Of a stretch of 41,148 nucleotides of DNA, positions 9,443 to 19,076 are shown piece after piece (the stretch's first letter is position 1; each line of letters starts with the position of its first letter). Under the pieces are notes generated by a model. The model was not told where the DNA came from and did no database searches. It worked only from the letters and a program-made list of their open reading frames with translations. Where the stretch lies: NCBI GenBank assembly GCA_964458765.1, contig CAYWKN010000004.1, positions 1 to 41,148 on the forward strand, read 5' to 3'. Source of the stretch: an uncultured Verrucomicrobiota bacterium (GTDB lineage: Bacteria > Verrucomicrobiota > Kiritimatiellia > CAIKKV01 > CAITUY01). The translations under genes were made by a program, and so were the position numbers.

Positions 9443-10232
9443 TTCCGGTGTCCTCCCAGACAATGGTCCCGGACTCAAAGACCGGACCTTCCTTGCAGAC
9501 TCGTACCAGGATCTCCCCGTCCTGCGTGTTTATCCGTTGCACGCAGGCCAGGCAGGCGCCAACGCCGCACCCCATGTGACGATCCAGAGACAACCATGCC
9601 TTCCATCCGCACTGTTTGGCGCGCAACGCCAATGCCTGAAGCATCCCGTTGGGGCCGCAGGCAAAAATCTCAGGCGTGGGAACGGAATCACGCGTCCGAA
9701 TCCAGGCGTCCAGCGGCACGGTAACCCATCCTCGCGTGCCCATGGATCCGTCTTCCGTGGCAACGCATACGTTCCACCCAAGGGCTTCAAAGGCGGAAGT
9801 CAGGAGGATGTCCGCCGCGCGAGCGCCACCCACAAAAAGGATGCCGGGCCTTGCCAGCCGAGTGGCGAGGAAATACAGGGGAGCAACGCCATAGCCTCCG
9901 GCGACAAAGACAGGCAGGGCGTCCGGGGTGAGGCGGACCGGGAACCCATTGCCGAGCGGACCGATGACACTGACTTCCGCGCCGGGGCAGAGCGATTGCA
10001 TGACGGCGGTGCCCCGCCCGACGCTCTTGTAGAGAATGGACAGACTATCCCCCTCCACCCGGTAGATGCTGAAGGGCCGGCGGAGCACGGCATCGTGCAG
10101 TGCGCTGATCCGCAGATGGATAAACTGGCCCGGATTGGCCGTGGAGCACACCAGCGGCAGGCGCAGGGTCAGCACGCGGTAGTTCCGCCCCTCGGTTTCA
10201 TGGCGGACAACGGTTCCGGTTTCGAGCTGCAT
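9432..10232 (-). CDS. pyrK: Dihydroorotate dehydrogenase electron transfer subunit
   Basis: Motifs PGQF, RRPFSI, GPLGNGF, AGGYGVAP, CGP and the [2Fe-2S] motif MGCGVGACLAC...RVCKEGPVF. Adjacent to pyrD. Confidence 0.93.
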   Translation of the reverse strand: MQLETGTVVRHETEGRNYRVLTLRLPLVCSTANPGQFIHLRISALHDAVLRRPFSIYRVEGDSLSILYKSVGRGTAVMQSLCPGAEVSVIGPLGNGFPVRLTPDALPVFVAGGYGVAPLYFLATRLARPGILFVGGARAADILLTSAFEALGWNVCVATEDGSMGTRGWVTVPLDAWIRTRDSVPTPEIFACGPNGMLQALALRAKQCGWKAWLSLDRHMGCGVGACLACVQRINTQDGEILVRVCKEGPVFESGTIVWEDTGNET

Positions 10233-10239
10233 GGCGGGA

Positions 10240-10268
10240 AAACTACCGTGGAACTGTGACTTGTTCAA
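10240..10268 (-). promoter_or_regulatory. Putative sigma70 promoter for pyrK (leaderless geometry)
   Basis: Minus strand reads TTGAAC-N17-TAGTTT-N7-ATG(10232). No SD before the ATG. Confidence 0.4.
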
Positions 10269-11319
10269 CCAAATCCGCCAGCCTCTCGGCCGCCCCGTTG
10301 CATGCACGCCGGGTGGCGGCGGCGCGCATCCGGTCCAGGGTGTTCGCGTCTATAAGACGGGACATCAGGTATTCGGACAGTTTCGCGAGCGACATCTTGT
10401 CTTGGGCGAGGCAATCGGCGGCGCCGGAGGCCGCCATGGCCTGTGCGTTGGCGGTCTGGTGATCCCGCGCGGAATGAGGGTAGGGCACAAGCAGGGCCGG
10501 AACGCCAAAAGCGGCCAGTTCCAGGCACGAATTGGCGCCGGAACGGGAGATGGCGAAAGTGGCGCGGCGATAGGCGGATGCCATGTCGTGACAGAACCCG
10601 TGAACCTCGGCCGGTATCCGGGCGACCGTATAGGCGCGCTGCACAGCGTCGCGGTCCCGGCTGCCCGCGAGATGAATGACCTGAAGGGAGACGCCTGTCT
10701 TGTGAACGGCGGCGACGACCTGGGGCGCCATTTCGTTCAATCGCTGGGCGCCCTGGCTTCCGCCCATGACGAGCAGCACAGGAGCGCCGGCTGACTCGTG
10801 CGCGCCTGCGGCCGCCTGTTCGAGTTCCCTCCGCAAAGGGAGCCCTGTCATGGCACACGAATGGGGGGCAAGATGACCGGCCGTTTCAGGAAAGCTGATC
10901 GCAATGACCTTGGCCAACCCTGCGAAAGCCGCCGTCGCCCTGCCCGGGATGACATTGGCTTCATGCAGGATCACGGGCACCCGCACGGTGGCGGCGGCCA
11001 GGACCGGGCCGGCGCTGGAATAACTGCCCATCGCAAGCAGGGCGGCGGGCTTCTGACGCCGGAAAGCGGCCAGGCAGCAGAAATACGAGCGGGCCAGGCG
11101 GAGTACTCCGGGGAAGAACCGGGATGGCTTGAAAACGATTTCCGCCGCGCCGGTGTTCAGGACCGGTCCTTCCCAGGAAAATCGCGCCGCGGCTTCGATG
11201 GAGCGGCCTGCCAGCAGAAGGACCACGTCGTGACCGCGCTGCTTCAGGGCATGTGCCGTTGCGACCCCGGGGAAGACGTGACCTCCTGTGCCGCCGCACG
11301 AGACTGCGAAACGTGCCAT
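10243..11319 (-). CDS. murG: Lipid I N-acetylglucosaminyltransferase (GT28)
   Basis: Motifs GGTGGHVFPG, HEANVIPGRA, GLPLR, GGSQGA, ISRSGA..ELAAFGVP and HQTANA. Confidence 0.9.
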   Translation of the reverse strand: MARFAVSCGGTGGHVFPGVATAHALKQRGHDVVLLLAGRSIEAAARFSWEGPVLNTGAAEIVFKPSRFFPGVLRLARSYFCCLAAFRRQKPAALLAMGSYSSAGPVLAAATVRVPVILHEANVIPGRATAAFAGLAKVIAISFPETAGHLAPHSCAMTGLPLRRELEQAAAGAHESAGAPVLLVMGGSQGAQRLNEMAPQVVAAVHKTGVSLQVIHLAGSRDRDAVQRAYTVARIPAEVHGFCHDMASAYRRATFAISRSGANSCLELAAFGVPALLVPYPHSARDHQTANAQAMAASGAADCLAQDKMSLAKLSEYLMSRLIDANTLDRMRAAATRRACNGAAERLADLVEQVTVPR

Positions 11320-11330
11320 GGCTTGGTTCC

Positions 11331-12866
11331 CTATTGGCGGTAGTCCTGCGGAACGATGCCGAGGTGCCGGATCCGGTAGTTGATAATGCGCTGCGTGGTT
11401 TGCAGATGCCGCGCGGCGGCGGCGGCAATACCGCGGTGCCGTTTCAGCGCATCCACAATAATCTCGCGTTCGAAGGACTCCACCATGGTTTCCAGGGAGG
11501 CGCCCGCCTCCGGGAGCAACGAGGTGTTTGTCGCTTCGCTGGTCTGGAGCGACGGCGGCAGGGAATAACCATGAACGACATCATCCGTGCTGGTCAGCAC
11601 AGCCCTTTCCAGGCAGTTTTCGAGTTCACGGACATTGCCGGGCCAATGGTAGGCCATCATCATGTTGATGGCTGTCGTCGAGATGCGTTTGAGCCTCTTG
11701 CCATAGGCAGCGTTGTATTTCCGCAGGAAAAAGTCCGCCAGAAGGATGATATCCGACCGCCGTTCCCGCAGGGGCGGCAACAGGATGGGAAAGACATTCA
11801 GCCGGTAGTAGAGATCCTCGCGGAAACGTCCATTCCGGATGGCCTCTTCGAGATTGCGGCTTGTCGCGGCGATGACACGGACGTTCACAGAGAGGGTCTT
11901 ATCGCCGCCAACCCGTTCGAAGCAACGCTCCTGCAGCACGCGGAGCAGGCGGACCTGGACGGCGGGGCTGATGTCGCCGATTTCATCCAGGAAAAGCGTG
12001 CCGCCGTTGGCCAGTTCGAACCTGCCGCGGCGCTGCTGGGCGGCGCCTGTGAACGCTCCCTTCTCATGACCGAACAATTCACTTTCGATCAAGTTTTCCG
12101 GCAACGCCGCGCAGTTTACACTGACGAAGGGATTATGGCGGCGGGAACTACCGAAATGGATGGCGCGCGCGACCAGTTCCTTGCCGGTGCCGGACTCCCC
12201 CCGGATGAGAACGGTGGCCATGCTGTCGGCCACTTGGGCGATCTGGTCGTACACGGACCGCATTTCCTTGGAATTCCCGACAAGGTTATGCGGCTGGTAG
12301 CGGTCTCCCAATTGGCGGCGGAGGCGCTCGTTTTCGACCTTGAGGTTCTCCTGTTCGTGCAGTTGTTCGCGGATACTGGCGACGGCCTCGGCCAGAAGGT
12401 TGGCCACGATCACCAGGAAGTCCAGATCCTTCGAAAGCGCATCTTCTTCAGCGGTGGGCCGGTTGATGCTGATGGTGCCGATGACCTGCCGCTGGTGGAT
12501 GATCGGCACACAGATGAAAGCTGTGGCTTCGTTCTTGCGGGCCCGTGTCCGGTTCAGAAAACGGGGGTCATTGCGGATATCCCGGACCACTTCGGGTCTT
12601 CCGCTCTTGGCGACGGAACCGGTGATGCCTTCGCCGAAACGGTATTGGCCACGCGCGCGCTCGGCGGCGGTGAGCCCCCGTGATGCCTCAATCACAAAGA
12701 CATCCGTATCAGGGCGGCGCAGGGTCAGAGTGCCGTACGACATGGCCATTTCCTTCTCGAGGATGTCAAAGACCTCCTGGAAAAGCGTGGAAATCTCGCG
12801 CCGGTGGGCCATGGCCTGCGAGATGTGGTACAGGATCCTCAGTTCAGCCGATTCGCGATTTTCCAT
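11331..12866 (-). CDS. NifA-like GAF-AAA+-HTH sigma54 enhancer-binding protein
   Basis: N-terminal GAF (GEGITG.VA..G, FICVPI), then [40 protein letters not shown] and a C-terminal Fis HTH. Confidence 0.9.
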   Translation of the reverse strand: MENRESAELRILYHISQAMAHRREISTLFQEVFDILEKEMAMSYGTLTLRRPDTDVFVIEASRGLTAAERARGQYRFGEGITGSVAKSGRPEVVRDIRNDPRFLNRTRARKNEATAFICVPIIHQRQVIGTISINRPTAEEDALSKDLDFLVIVANLLAEAVASIREQLHEQENLKVENERLRRQLGDRYQPHNLVGNSKEMRSVYDQIAQVADSMATVLIRGESGTGKELVARAIHFGSSRRHNPFVSVNCAALPENLIESELFGHEKGAFTGAAQQRRGRFELANGGTLFLDEIGDISPAVQVRLLRVLQERCFERVGGDKTLSVNVRVIAATSRNLEEAIRNGRFREDLYYRLNVFPILLPPLRERRSDIILLADFFLRKYNAAYGKRLKRISTTAINMMMAYHWPGNVRELENCLERAVLTSTDDVVHGYSLPPSLQTSEATNTSLLPEAGASLETMVESFEREIIVDALKRHRGIAAAAARHLQTTQRIINYRIRHLGIVPQDYRQ

Positions 12867-12971
12867 AGGCAAGATTCCGCGGTAGACAACGCCCGGGGGC
12901 CCCAACAGCGCCATGGACCTCCGGGGACGCTGGTCACTCGCAGGTCCCTGTACCATAACGGCGCCGGCGGA

Positions 12972-14972
12972 TCAACGGCAACGTGCAAACACCCGCTGGA
13001 TCTCGTTCTCGATCGGGAAGCGCTGGACGTCTGTCGAACGCTTGCGGCGCGGCAAAGTGACGTGGGCCTCGAGCTGGCTGAGGAAGGTCGCCGGCTTGTA
13101 GGGGTGTTCAATAAATCCCGCGATTCTCTTCGGGTCGCAGGCGATACCCGGAGGGAGTTCATGCCGGGCGCAGGCCGCGATAATCTGCGTGTTCGCGAAG
13201 CCCGGCAGGCGCGAAAGCCTCTCAAGGAAATCGGAAAGGGCCACGGCGGGAATGTCGAAGTTGATCACCATGCAATCCGGGGACGACTCGCGGAAGCGGG
13301 TGATAGCGTCCTGAAACCCGTGTGCCAGTATCACATTGCACGTGCTTTGACGGTACAGACTGGTGCCGGCGATCACCAGTTGCGGGACGCTGGTATCCAC
13401 AACCATGACGGTGAACGGGTGGGTGGAACCTTCATGCATGCGGCGGGAAAGGTTCCTCCGGATCCGGTCGGCAAAACTCGCGGCCGCCACGGGCTTTACA
13501 ATGTAGTCGCTGGCGCCGAGATCGAGGCCGCGCGTCACCGATTCCTCGCTTCCGGCGAGAAGAACGATGTGCAGCCGGTTCAGGGAGGGCGACTGGCGGA
13601 CCGCTTGGATCAAGGTCATGGAGGCATCACCGGCAACGTTGTCGTCGGCAATGAGCATATGGAATCCGCCGCGAGACAACTGCTCGATGGCGCTGTCGGT
13701 GTTGCGCAGGGGGACTGTCTCGATGCGATCGTTCTCGATCATCTGGGCCACAGCCTTTTCCATGGTGGGATCGCAAACAAACAAAGCAATCCTGGCCGTG
13801 CGCTCCGAGCTGGGCAGGGAGTCCGAAACCAGGGTGAGCACGGCACTGTTGGGCGGCGTGCGCCGCGCCTGGAAGAGGAATCCCTCGGCGCGAGCAACGC
13901 AGTCGGCTGTGGATTCCTCCGGCGCAACGACCGTACAACCGGCACAAGCTTTGACGGAACAGGCCCGACCGTCAGGAGTGGAAATGGAAAAACCGTGGAT
14001 CCGGGACAGGACCTTTTCCAGGGCGCAGGACATGCCAAAATGATCCTCGCCGGGAAAGGCCACGGCGAACTCGTAAAGGCTCCACCGCGCGACAACATCG
14101 GTTGACCGCAGGGAAAGGGAGAGGGTGGAAGCGATCTTGCGAAGAAGGTCATCCCGCGCTTCTTGCGACAATTCCCTGTCAAGGCGGTCACCATCGGTGA
14201 TCCCGATCAGGGCGAGGGACAGGGGTTCGCCGTGTGTCCGGCACATGGCCTGAAGTGTTCCGATGGATTCCGTGAAGGCCGCCCGATTGAGGAGCCCGCT
14301 GAGAGGATCGCGGCGTGCGGCGTGTGCCTGATCATGCCCCCGCCGGAACCGTGCCGTAAGGAATTCCGCGATGGCCGCGGCCTCCACCGGTTTCCGGAAA
14401 TACGCATCAGCCTCATTGACGAGCGAGGATCTGCTTTCGTCGCTGGACTTGGCGGGGGTAATGGCGATAATCGGCATGGCCGCGGTTTCGGAGGAGCAGC
14501 GGAGATCGTGGATCAGGATGCGGCCGTCGTCGGAGGGGAGAACGGTGTCAATGATCATGATGTCGGGATTGTCTTCCCGGATCAGTTTCCGCGCTGTCCG
14601 GGAGGAATCGCAGGCGAGTACTTTGTGCCCGGCTGTCGACAGGGTGCCGATCAAGGCGGCTGTGAGCGGAGTGTCGGCGCTGACCAGCAGGACCGTCAAG
14701 GCTACATCATGGCTGGCGGCAAGTTCAGCGCGGAGCGCCGCGATCAGATCCTGGAGGGACTGAGCCAGTTTCGTGGCCGGAGCAGTTTCCGCCGCCCGGG
14801 CCAGGTCGGCAATCGCCTGCGCGCCGTCCTGTTCCGCATTGCCGCGCAAGGTGGCGGCCATTCGCCGGACGGAGTCTTCGGTGGACGGGTCGGTGCCAAG
14901 CGTGCGGAGCGCCAGACGGAGGGAGTCGATGCGGTGTCCAAGGCTTGCTGTTGACTTGTTGTCGGCAATCAT
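12972..14972 (-). CDS. Multi-receiver protein with degenerate GGDEF domain (Hpt-like/REC/GGDEF*/REC/REC)
   Basis: REC1 NPDIMIID; DPLSGLLNR; RSTDVVARWSLYEF in place of RxxDxxxRxGGDEF; REC2 GASDYIVKP; a third REC-like domain. ATG 14972 follows AAGGCAG. Confidence 0.8.
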   Translation of the reverse strand: MIADNKSTASLGHRIDSLRLALRTLGTDPSTEDSVRRMAATLRGNAEQDGAQAIADLARAAETAPATKLAQSLQDLIAALRAELAASHDVALTVLLVSADTPLTAALIGTLSTAGHKVLACDSSRTARKLIREDNPDIMIIDTVLPSDDGRILIHDLRCSSETAAMPIIAITPAKSSDESRSSLVNEADAYFRKPVEAAAIAEFLTARFRRGHDQAHAARRDPLSGLLNRAAFTESIGTLQAMCRTHGEPLSLALIGITDGDRLDRELSQEARDDLLRKIASTLSLSLRSTDVVARWSLYEFAVAFPGEDHFGMSCALEKVLSRIHGFSISTPDGRACSVKACAGCTVVAPEESTADCVARAEGFLFQARRTPPNSAVLTLVSDSLPSSERTARIALFVCDPTMEKAVAQMIENDRIETVPLRNTDSAIEQLSRGGFHMLIADDNVAGDASMTLIQAVRQSPSLNRLHIVLLAGSEESVTRGLDLGASDYIVKPVAAASFADRIRRNLSRRMHEGSTHPFTVMVVDTSVPQLVIAGTSLYRQSTCNVILAHGFQDAITRFRESSPDCMVINFDIPAVALSDFLERLSRLPGFANTQIIAACARHELPPGIACDPKRIAGFIEHPYKPATFLSQLEAHVTLPRRKRSTDVQRFPIENEIQRVFARCR

Positions 14973-15041
14973 GATGATGTCTGCCTTTCGGGGAGGGCGA
15001 CGGTCCGGCATCCGGGGCCGGAGTGGGCCGCTTTTGGGGAA

Positions 15042-15070
15042 ATCATGACACAGGAACGCAGATGGGGCAA
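15042..15070 (-). promoter_or_regulatory. Putative sigma70 promoter for the REC/GGDEF gene
   Basis: Minus strand TTGCCC-N17-CATGAT in the divergent intergenic region. Confidence 0.35.
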
Positions 15071-15088
15071 CACCTACGTACGGCAAAC

Positions 15089-17539
15089 ATGGCGGAACGA
15101 TGGACGGCGGGCGGCAAGCCGCTCACAGCGGAAGCAGTTGGCAAGGGATTGCGCCTGAACATTCTGGCTGCCTCGATGGGGTCGGTATGGATGGTCATTG
15201 TTGGCGGCATGCCGTTGACAATGTTCATGAAGGAGATCGGCGCCAGCGGTGTGATGATAGGTCTGGCAGGGACGGTTCAGCAGATCGCAACGGTCCTGCA
15301 GGTCCCGGCGGCCCTGTTGGCGGAACGCATAACCCGGCGTAAGCCCTTCTGGGTGGTTCTGGCATTGATACACCGTTTGCTGTGGTTTCTTCCGGCACTG
15401 CTTCCGCTGTATCTGGGGAGTCATTCTCCCCATTTGGCCCTGAGCGTCGTGGCCGTGATGGGAGTGAGCGGCATTTTTGCCCAACTGGGGGTCCCCGTGT
15501 GGTGGAGCTGGCTGGCGGACCTTGTGCCAGCCGAGAGGCGCGGAGGCTTCTGGGCCATGCGGCACAGTGTGGCGTCCATCGCGAGTCTGGCGGGGATCCT
15601 GTTGTCCGGCGTGGTTCTGGATGCTTTTTCGCCGGAAGGCGAAGGTGTTATGAGCGGCCTCAAGGGGTTTGTAATCGTTTTCTCCCTGGCCGCCTTTCTC
15701 GGCTCGGCGGATATTCTCGTTCATTTGTGGATACCGGAACCCAAGGCAGGGGGTGGCACCCCGGCTGCAGGTATCCTGTCGAAGGTGTGGGCCCCCTTCG
15801 CTAATCGGGATTTCCTGTGGCTGACCTTGGCCATGGGCCTTTGGACGTTTTCCGTCGGGCTGGTGGGCCAGTTCGGCCTGATCTACTTGCGGGACGAGTT
15901 CGGCATCGGATACTCGGCAATGGCCTCGCTGATGGTGGCGGGAACCCTGGGCGCGTCTGTGGCGGGGATCCTGTGGGGGTATGTGATTGACAGGGTGGGG
16001 GCCCGGAATTTCGGCGCCATCATGATGATCGTGGCGCCGCTGTGCGGGGGGGCGAACTTTTTCCTTCGCGACACATCCGTTACGGTTCCTGTGCCTTTCC
16101 TGCACAATCCCGTTGTGTACCAACCCTTGCTGATTCTTGTGATCGGCAGCTTTTTCGGGGGGTTGCTTTATTCCGGCGTGGGCCTGTCACAGATCAGTTT
16201 GCTCTCGGCGCTTTCCTCGACCCAGGGTCGTACAATGGCGATGGCCGTGCACTGGTCTGCCGTGGGTCTGCTGGGAGCCGCCGGACCGTTGCTGGGCGGA
16301 CGCGCCATGGACTGGCTGCAGAGCCATCCTGTGGGGTGGGTAATGCCGACTGGAACCCGTTTTGCCTTCTTCCACGCGCTCATCGTGTTGCAGGTTGCCG
16401 TGGTGTGGATGGTGGCGGTCCGGTTGATGCTTCAGATCCGGCAGCGCGAGGGGGAGATGGCCTTCCGGGCGGCATTGTCCAGTCTGCAGTTCTCCAACCC
16501 CGTGAGACTGCTGACGGGGATCTACAACATATACACCATGCTTTCCTCCACTTCCCGCGGCGGAAGGGCCGAAGCCGCCAGGCGTGTGGGTGAGGAGCGG
16601 CTGCGGATTGCGGTTCGCGATCTGATCGCGCAGTTGGATGACCCCTCGGCGGATGTGAGGGAAGAAGCGGCCATTGCGTTGGGGCGTATTGGCAGCCCGG
16701 ATGCGGTCGAGGCGCTGATTGAGCGATTGAACGATCCTGACGCCGACATTGCGCCGCAAATCGCACGGGCGTTGCGGCATTCCCACAGCCGGCAGGCGGT
16801 GGAGTCATTGATCCGGAGATTGGGAGATGCAGATCGCGAGACGGTGGCGGAGAGTGCGCGGGCCCTTGGGGAAATCGGGGATGAACGAGCCCGGGGCCCG
16901 CTGTTGAAAGTCCTCCAGGAAAGCGGTGACGAGAAGGTCGTTTCGGCCTCTGGCGAGGCGCTTGCGCGGCTCGGGGAGATGGCGGCGCTGTGCGATATTA
17001 TCCCGCGTATGAACGAAACCCGGAATCCTGTGCTGAAGAGATCCCTGGCAGTGGCCGCCGGAGATCTGCTGGGCAAACCGGGCGAGTTCTACCGGCTCCT
17101 GGTCAAGGAACAGCGGTTGCGCGGAAGCGCATGCGGGCAGATGATTGACGAAATCAAGGCGTCGCTGGAAGAGGCAGGAGACGCGATCGGCCGGGAACGC
17201 GTGAGGATTCTGCAGGAGAAGGTGGAAGGGTTGCGCGGACTGTATGCCGCCGGCGAGTACAGGAAAGCGGTGGAGGTCCTTTTCGATCTGGCGCTAAGCC
17301 TCGCAGCCATACGATATGGGATCCTGCATGGAGCCGATGCCACGGCACTGGTGGAGACAATTGTCTGGTTTGATGCACGCTTTGGAGTCGGGACCTGGTA
17401 TCTGGAACTGCTGCGAGAGGCGGGGGAAAAGGGATCCGGAGGCGACGGAACGGAGATCCTGCTCGGACTCCATGTCCTGTCAGGGTGGAGGCCGCATGGG
17501 ACGCCTGTGCAAACTGGCACGGGCGCCGGAGGTGCTTGA
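15089..17539 (+). CDS. MFS transporter fused to a HEAT-repeat domain
   Basis: About 12 hydrophobic segments with MFS motifs (WLADLVP.ERRG, GYVIDRVGAR), then HEAT repeats (LDDPSADVREEAAIALGRIG, ESARALGEIGD). The start is uncertain (15062 or 15089). Confidence 0.8.
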   Translation: MAERWTAGGKPLTAEAVGKGLRLNILAASMGSVWMVIVGGMPLTMFMKEIGASGVMIGLAGTVQQIATVLQVPAALLAERITRRKPFWVVLALIHRLLWFLPALLPLYLGSHSPHLALSVVAVMGVSGIFAQLGVPVWWSWLADLVPAERRGGFWAMRHSVASIASLAGILLSGVVLDAFSPEGEGVMSGLKGFVIVFSLAAFLGSADILVHLWIPEPKAGGGTPAAGILSKVWAPFANRDFLWLTLAMGLWTFSVGLVGQFGLIYLRDEFGIGYSAMASLMVAGTLGASVAGILWGYVIDRVGARNFGAIMMIVAPLCGGANFFLRDTSVTVPVPFLHNPVVYQPLLILVIGSFFGGLLYSGVGLSQISLLSALSSTQGRTMAMAVHWSAVGLLGAAGPLLGGRAMDWLQSHPVGWVMPTGTRFAFFHALIVLQVAVVWMVAVRLMLQIRQREGEMAFRAALSSLQFSNPVRLLTGIYNIYTMLSSTSRGGRAEAARRVGEERLRIAVRDLIAQLDDPSADVREEAAIALGRIGSPDAVEALIERLNDPDADIAPQIARALRHSHSRQAVESLIRRLGDADRETVAESARALGEIGDERARGPLLKVLQESGDEKVVSASGEALARLGEMAALCDIIPRMNETRNPVLKRSLAVAAGDLLGKPGEFYRLLVKEQRLRGSACGQMIDEIKASLEEAGDAIGRERVRILQEKVEGLRGLYAAGEYRKAVEVLFDLALSLAAIRYGILHGADATALVETIVWFDARFGVGTWYLELLREAGEKGSGGDGTEILLGLHVLSGWRPHGTPVQTGTGAGGA

Positions 17540-17547
17540 GGCGTCGG

Positions 17548-18390
17548 CTACGGAAGTTGGGCCTGTTCCGGGTCCGTGGAAGACTCCTTGGCGGGAAGGA
17601 TCCACCGGTCTTTCCCGGGACCCGAAACGGACCACAGGACGGCACGCACATTTGCCACGGGAATCGAAGCTACGATTCTGGTCGCAAGACAGCGTTCGTC
17701 GTCCGAAACCCATACCCACATTCTGCCCCGTCTGACGAAAATACCTTCGAACGCGGCGTCCGGTTCCAGTTTTAGGCATCGGACATTCTTGTATCGGGGG
17801 AGGTCAAGGGTTTCCTTGCCCTGCGCCTCCACTCCCACGTCATAGACCTTTTCATCGGCCATGACCTTGAAGGTCTCGCGCTTCCCGGGGGTGAAGACGT
17901 GCGAACGGAGCGAATACATTAGCGTGGGAATGTCCCGGATGTCGGGCGGAATCGGGAATTCCTTTGTGCGGCCGGAGCGTAGCGAGGTCCAGCGGGCCAC
18001 ACGATTGGTCCGGTCGAATACGGTTGTTTCATGGCGGCGATGGGCGCCTTCACTAAGGTCCTTGGTGAACCGGACAGGCAGGAAGGTCTTCGGATCGACC
18101 AGGCTCTCGACGGTATCGTCCACCGGATAGACTTTGGCGATCACCTGATTGGATCGGGTTCGAATACGGATCGCGAGGAATTCCTGCCCTTCTTTGACGG
18201 TCCATTCCGCGCGAATCGTCGCTGTGCCGACGGGAACATAGCCCCAATAGAGCCGATACGTCAGTTCTTCGCCAACAGGCCACTGGAAGCCGTGCAGATA
18301 CACTGGCGACGGGGCGGCATGGTCTTGCCCGGCGCCGATGCGCGTGTTACAGGCGAGGGCTATGATGGCAACGGCCAGACGAAATGGCAT
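17548..18390 (-). CDS. DUF3108-like exported protein
   Basis: Signal-like N-terminus, GEELTYRLYWG.VPVG.A, D..TLMY.LR and a C-terminal WVSDDERCLA pattern. Confidence 0.65.
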   Translation of the reverse strand: MPFRLAVAIIALACNTRIGAGQDHAAPSPVYLHGFQWPVGEELTYRLYWGYVPVGTATIRAEWTVKEGQEFLAIRIRTRSNQVIAKVYPVDDTVESLVDPKTFLPVRFTKDLSEGAHRRHETTVFDRTNRVARWTSLRSGRTKEFPIPPDIRDIPTLMYSLRSHVFTPGKRETFKVMADEKVYDVGVEAQGKETLDLPRYKNVRCLKLEPDAAFEGIFVRRGRMWVWVSDDERCLATRIVASIPVANVRAVLWSVSGPGKDRWILPAKESSTDPEQAQLP

Positions 18391-18481
18391 GTGGAAAGAA
18401 AGCCGGAATACCGGAGAAATGTCAACGGCCTTCTGTCTTCACATTCCGTAGAATATTTGGGGTTATTGCGGCGGAGGAAAG

Positions 18482-18490
18482 TGGTAGAAT
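18482..18490 (+). promoter_or_regulatory. Putative extended -10 promoter for the XRE gene
   Basis: TG-G-TAGAAT lies 5 nt before in-frame ATG 18496, in an AT-richer intergenic stretch. Confidence 0.35.
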
Positions 18491-18495
18491 ACGTA

Positions 18496-18813
18496 ATGAA
18501 TCGGGGGAAAGGGATGAAGAGAAGCAATGATAGTGCGATCGTCCGGCGCAGGGGCTTGAGCATGGCTTCGCCGACGGTGCGATCCTTTGCCCGTCGTTTG
18601 CGGCAATGGCGGGAACTCAAGGGGTTGCCGCTGAAGCATATGGCCAAGGAACTGGGGGTTTCCATATCGATTATTTCGGAATGGGAGCATGGCCACAGAT
18701 TCCCGTCCGCGGCGAATCTGGAGGCCCTTGCCGAGTACACCGGAATGTCGGTCTGTTGCCTCTTGTACCACGGGCCGGGGCATTGCCCTCACGGCCATGC
18801 GATGCTGAATTGA
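18496..18813 (+). CDS. Small XRE-family HTH regulator with Cys/His-rich tail
   Basis: RLRQWRELKGL..KHMAKELGVS.SIISEWE.G.RFP...L..LA is an HTH_3 pattern. The start could be 18496, 18514 or 18562. Confidence 0.8.
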   Translation: MNRGKGMKRSNDSAIVRRRGLSMASPTVRSFARRLRQWRELKGLPLKHMAKELGVSISIISEWEHGHRFPSAANLEALAEYTGMSVCCLLYHGPGHCPHGHAMLN

Positions 18814-19076
18814 CTGGGTGCGGCGGGCCGATGGGATCATCCGCCTTGCGTGTGACCGGCGTCCGGAGGGGGAGGACGGCAACTGCAAGCGTGGAAGCCC
18901 ACGACGGGGTATTCCGCCAACGCTCGGGACGCGTTGCAACGCAATGCGCCCGCACACCGCGATTCGTCCTTTGTTCTTGTTTCCGCGGGAGATCCATATA
19001 GAGTACCTCCGTTTTGGCCTTGCAGCCCGGAACGGCTGGGAAGCATCATGTGGCAATGTCTGGCGGGGACGCTTGT

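Noticed and set aside
11331-12866. Calling the activator nifA and inferring nitrogen fixation
   Set aside because: The GAF-AAA-HTH architecture is shared by many enhancer-binding proteins, and no nif genes are in the window.
11253-14105. Plus-strand ORFs of 476 and 433 aa
   Set aside because: Antisense shadows of the sigma54 activator and REC/GGDEF genes.
18814-19076. Lysine or SAM riboswitch, or T-box, ahead of hom-lysC
   Set aside because: No recognisable conserved core or terminator by eye. An Rfam scan would be needed.
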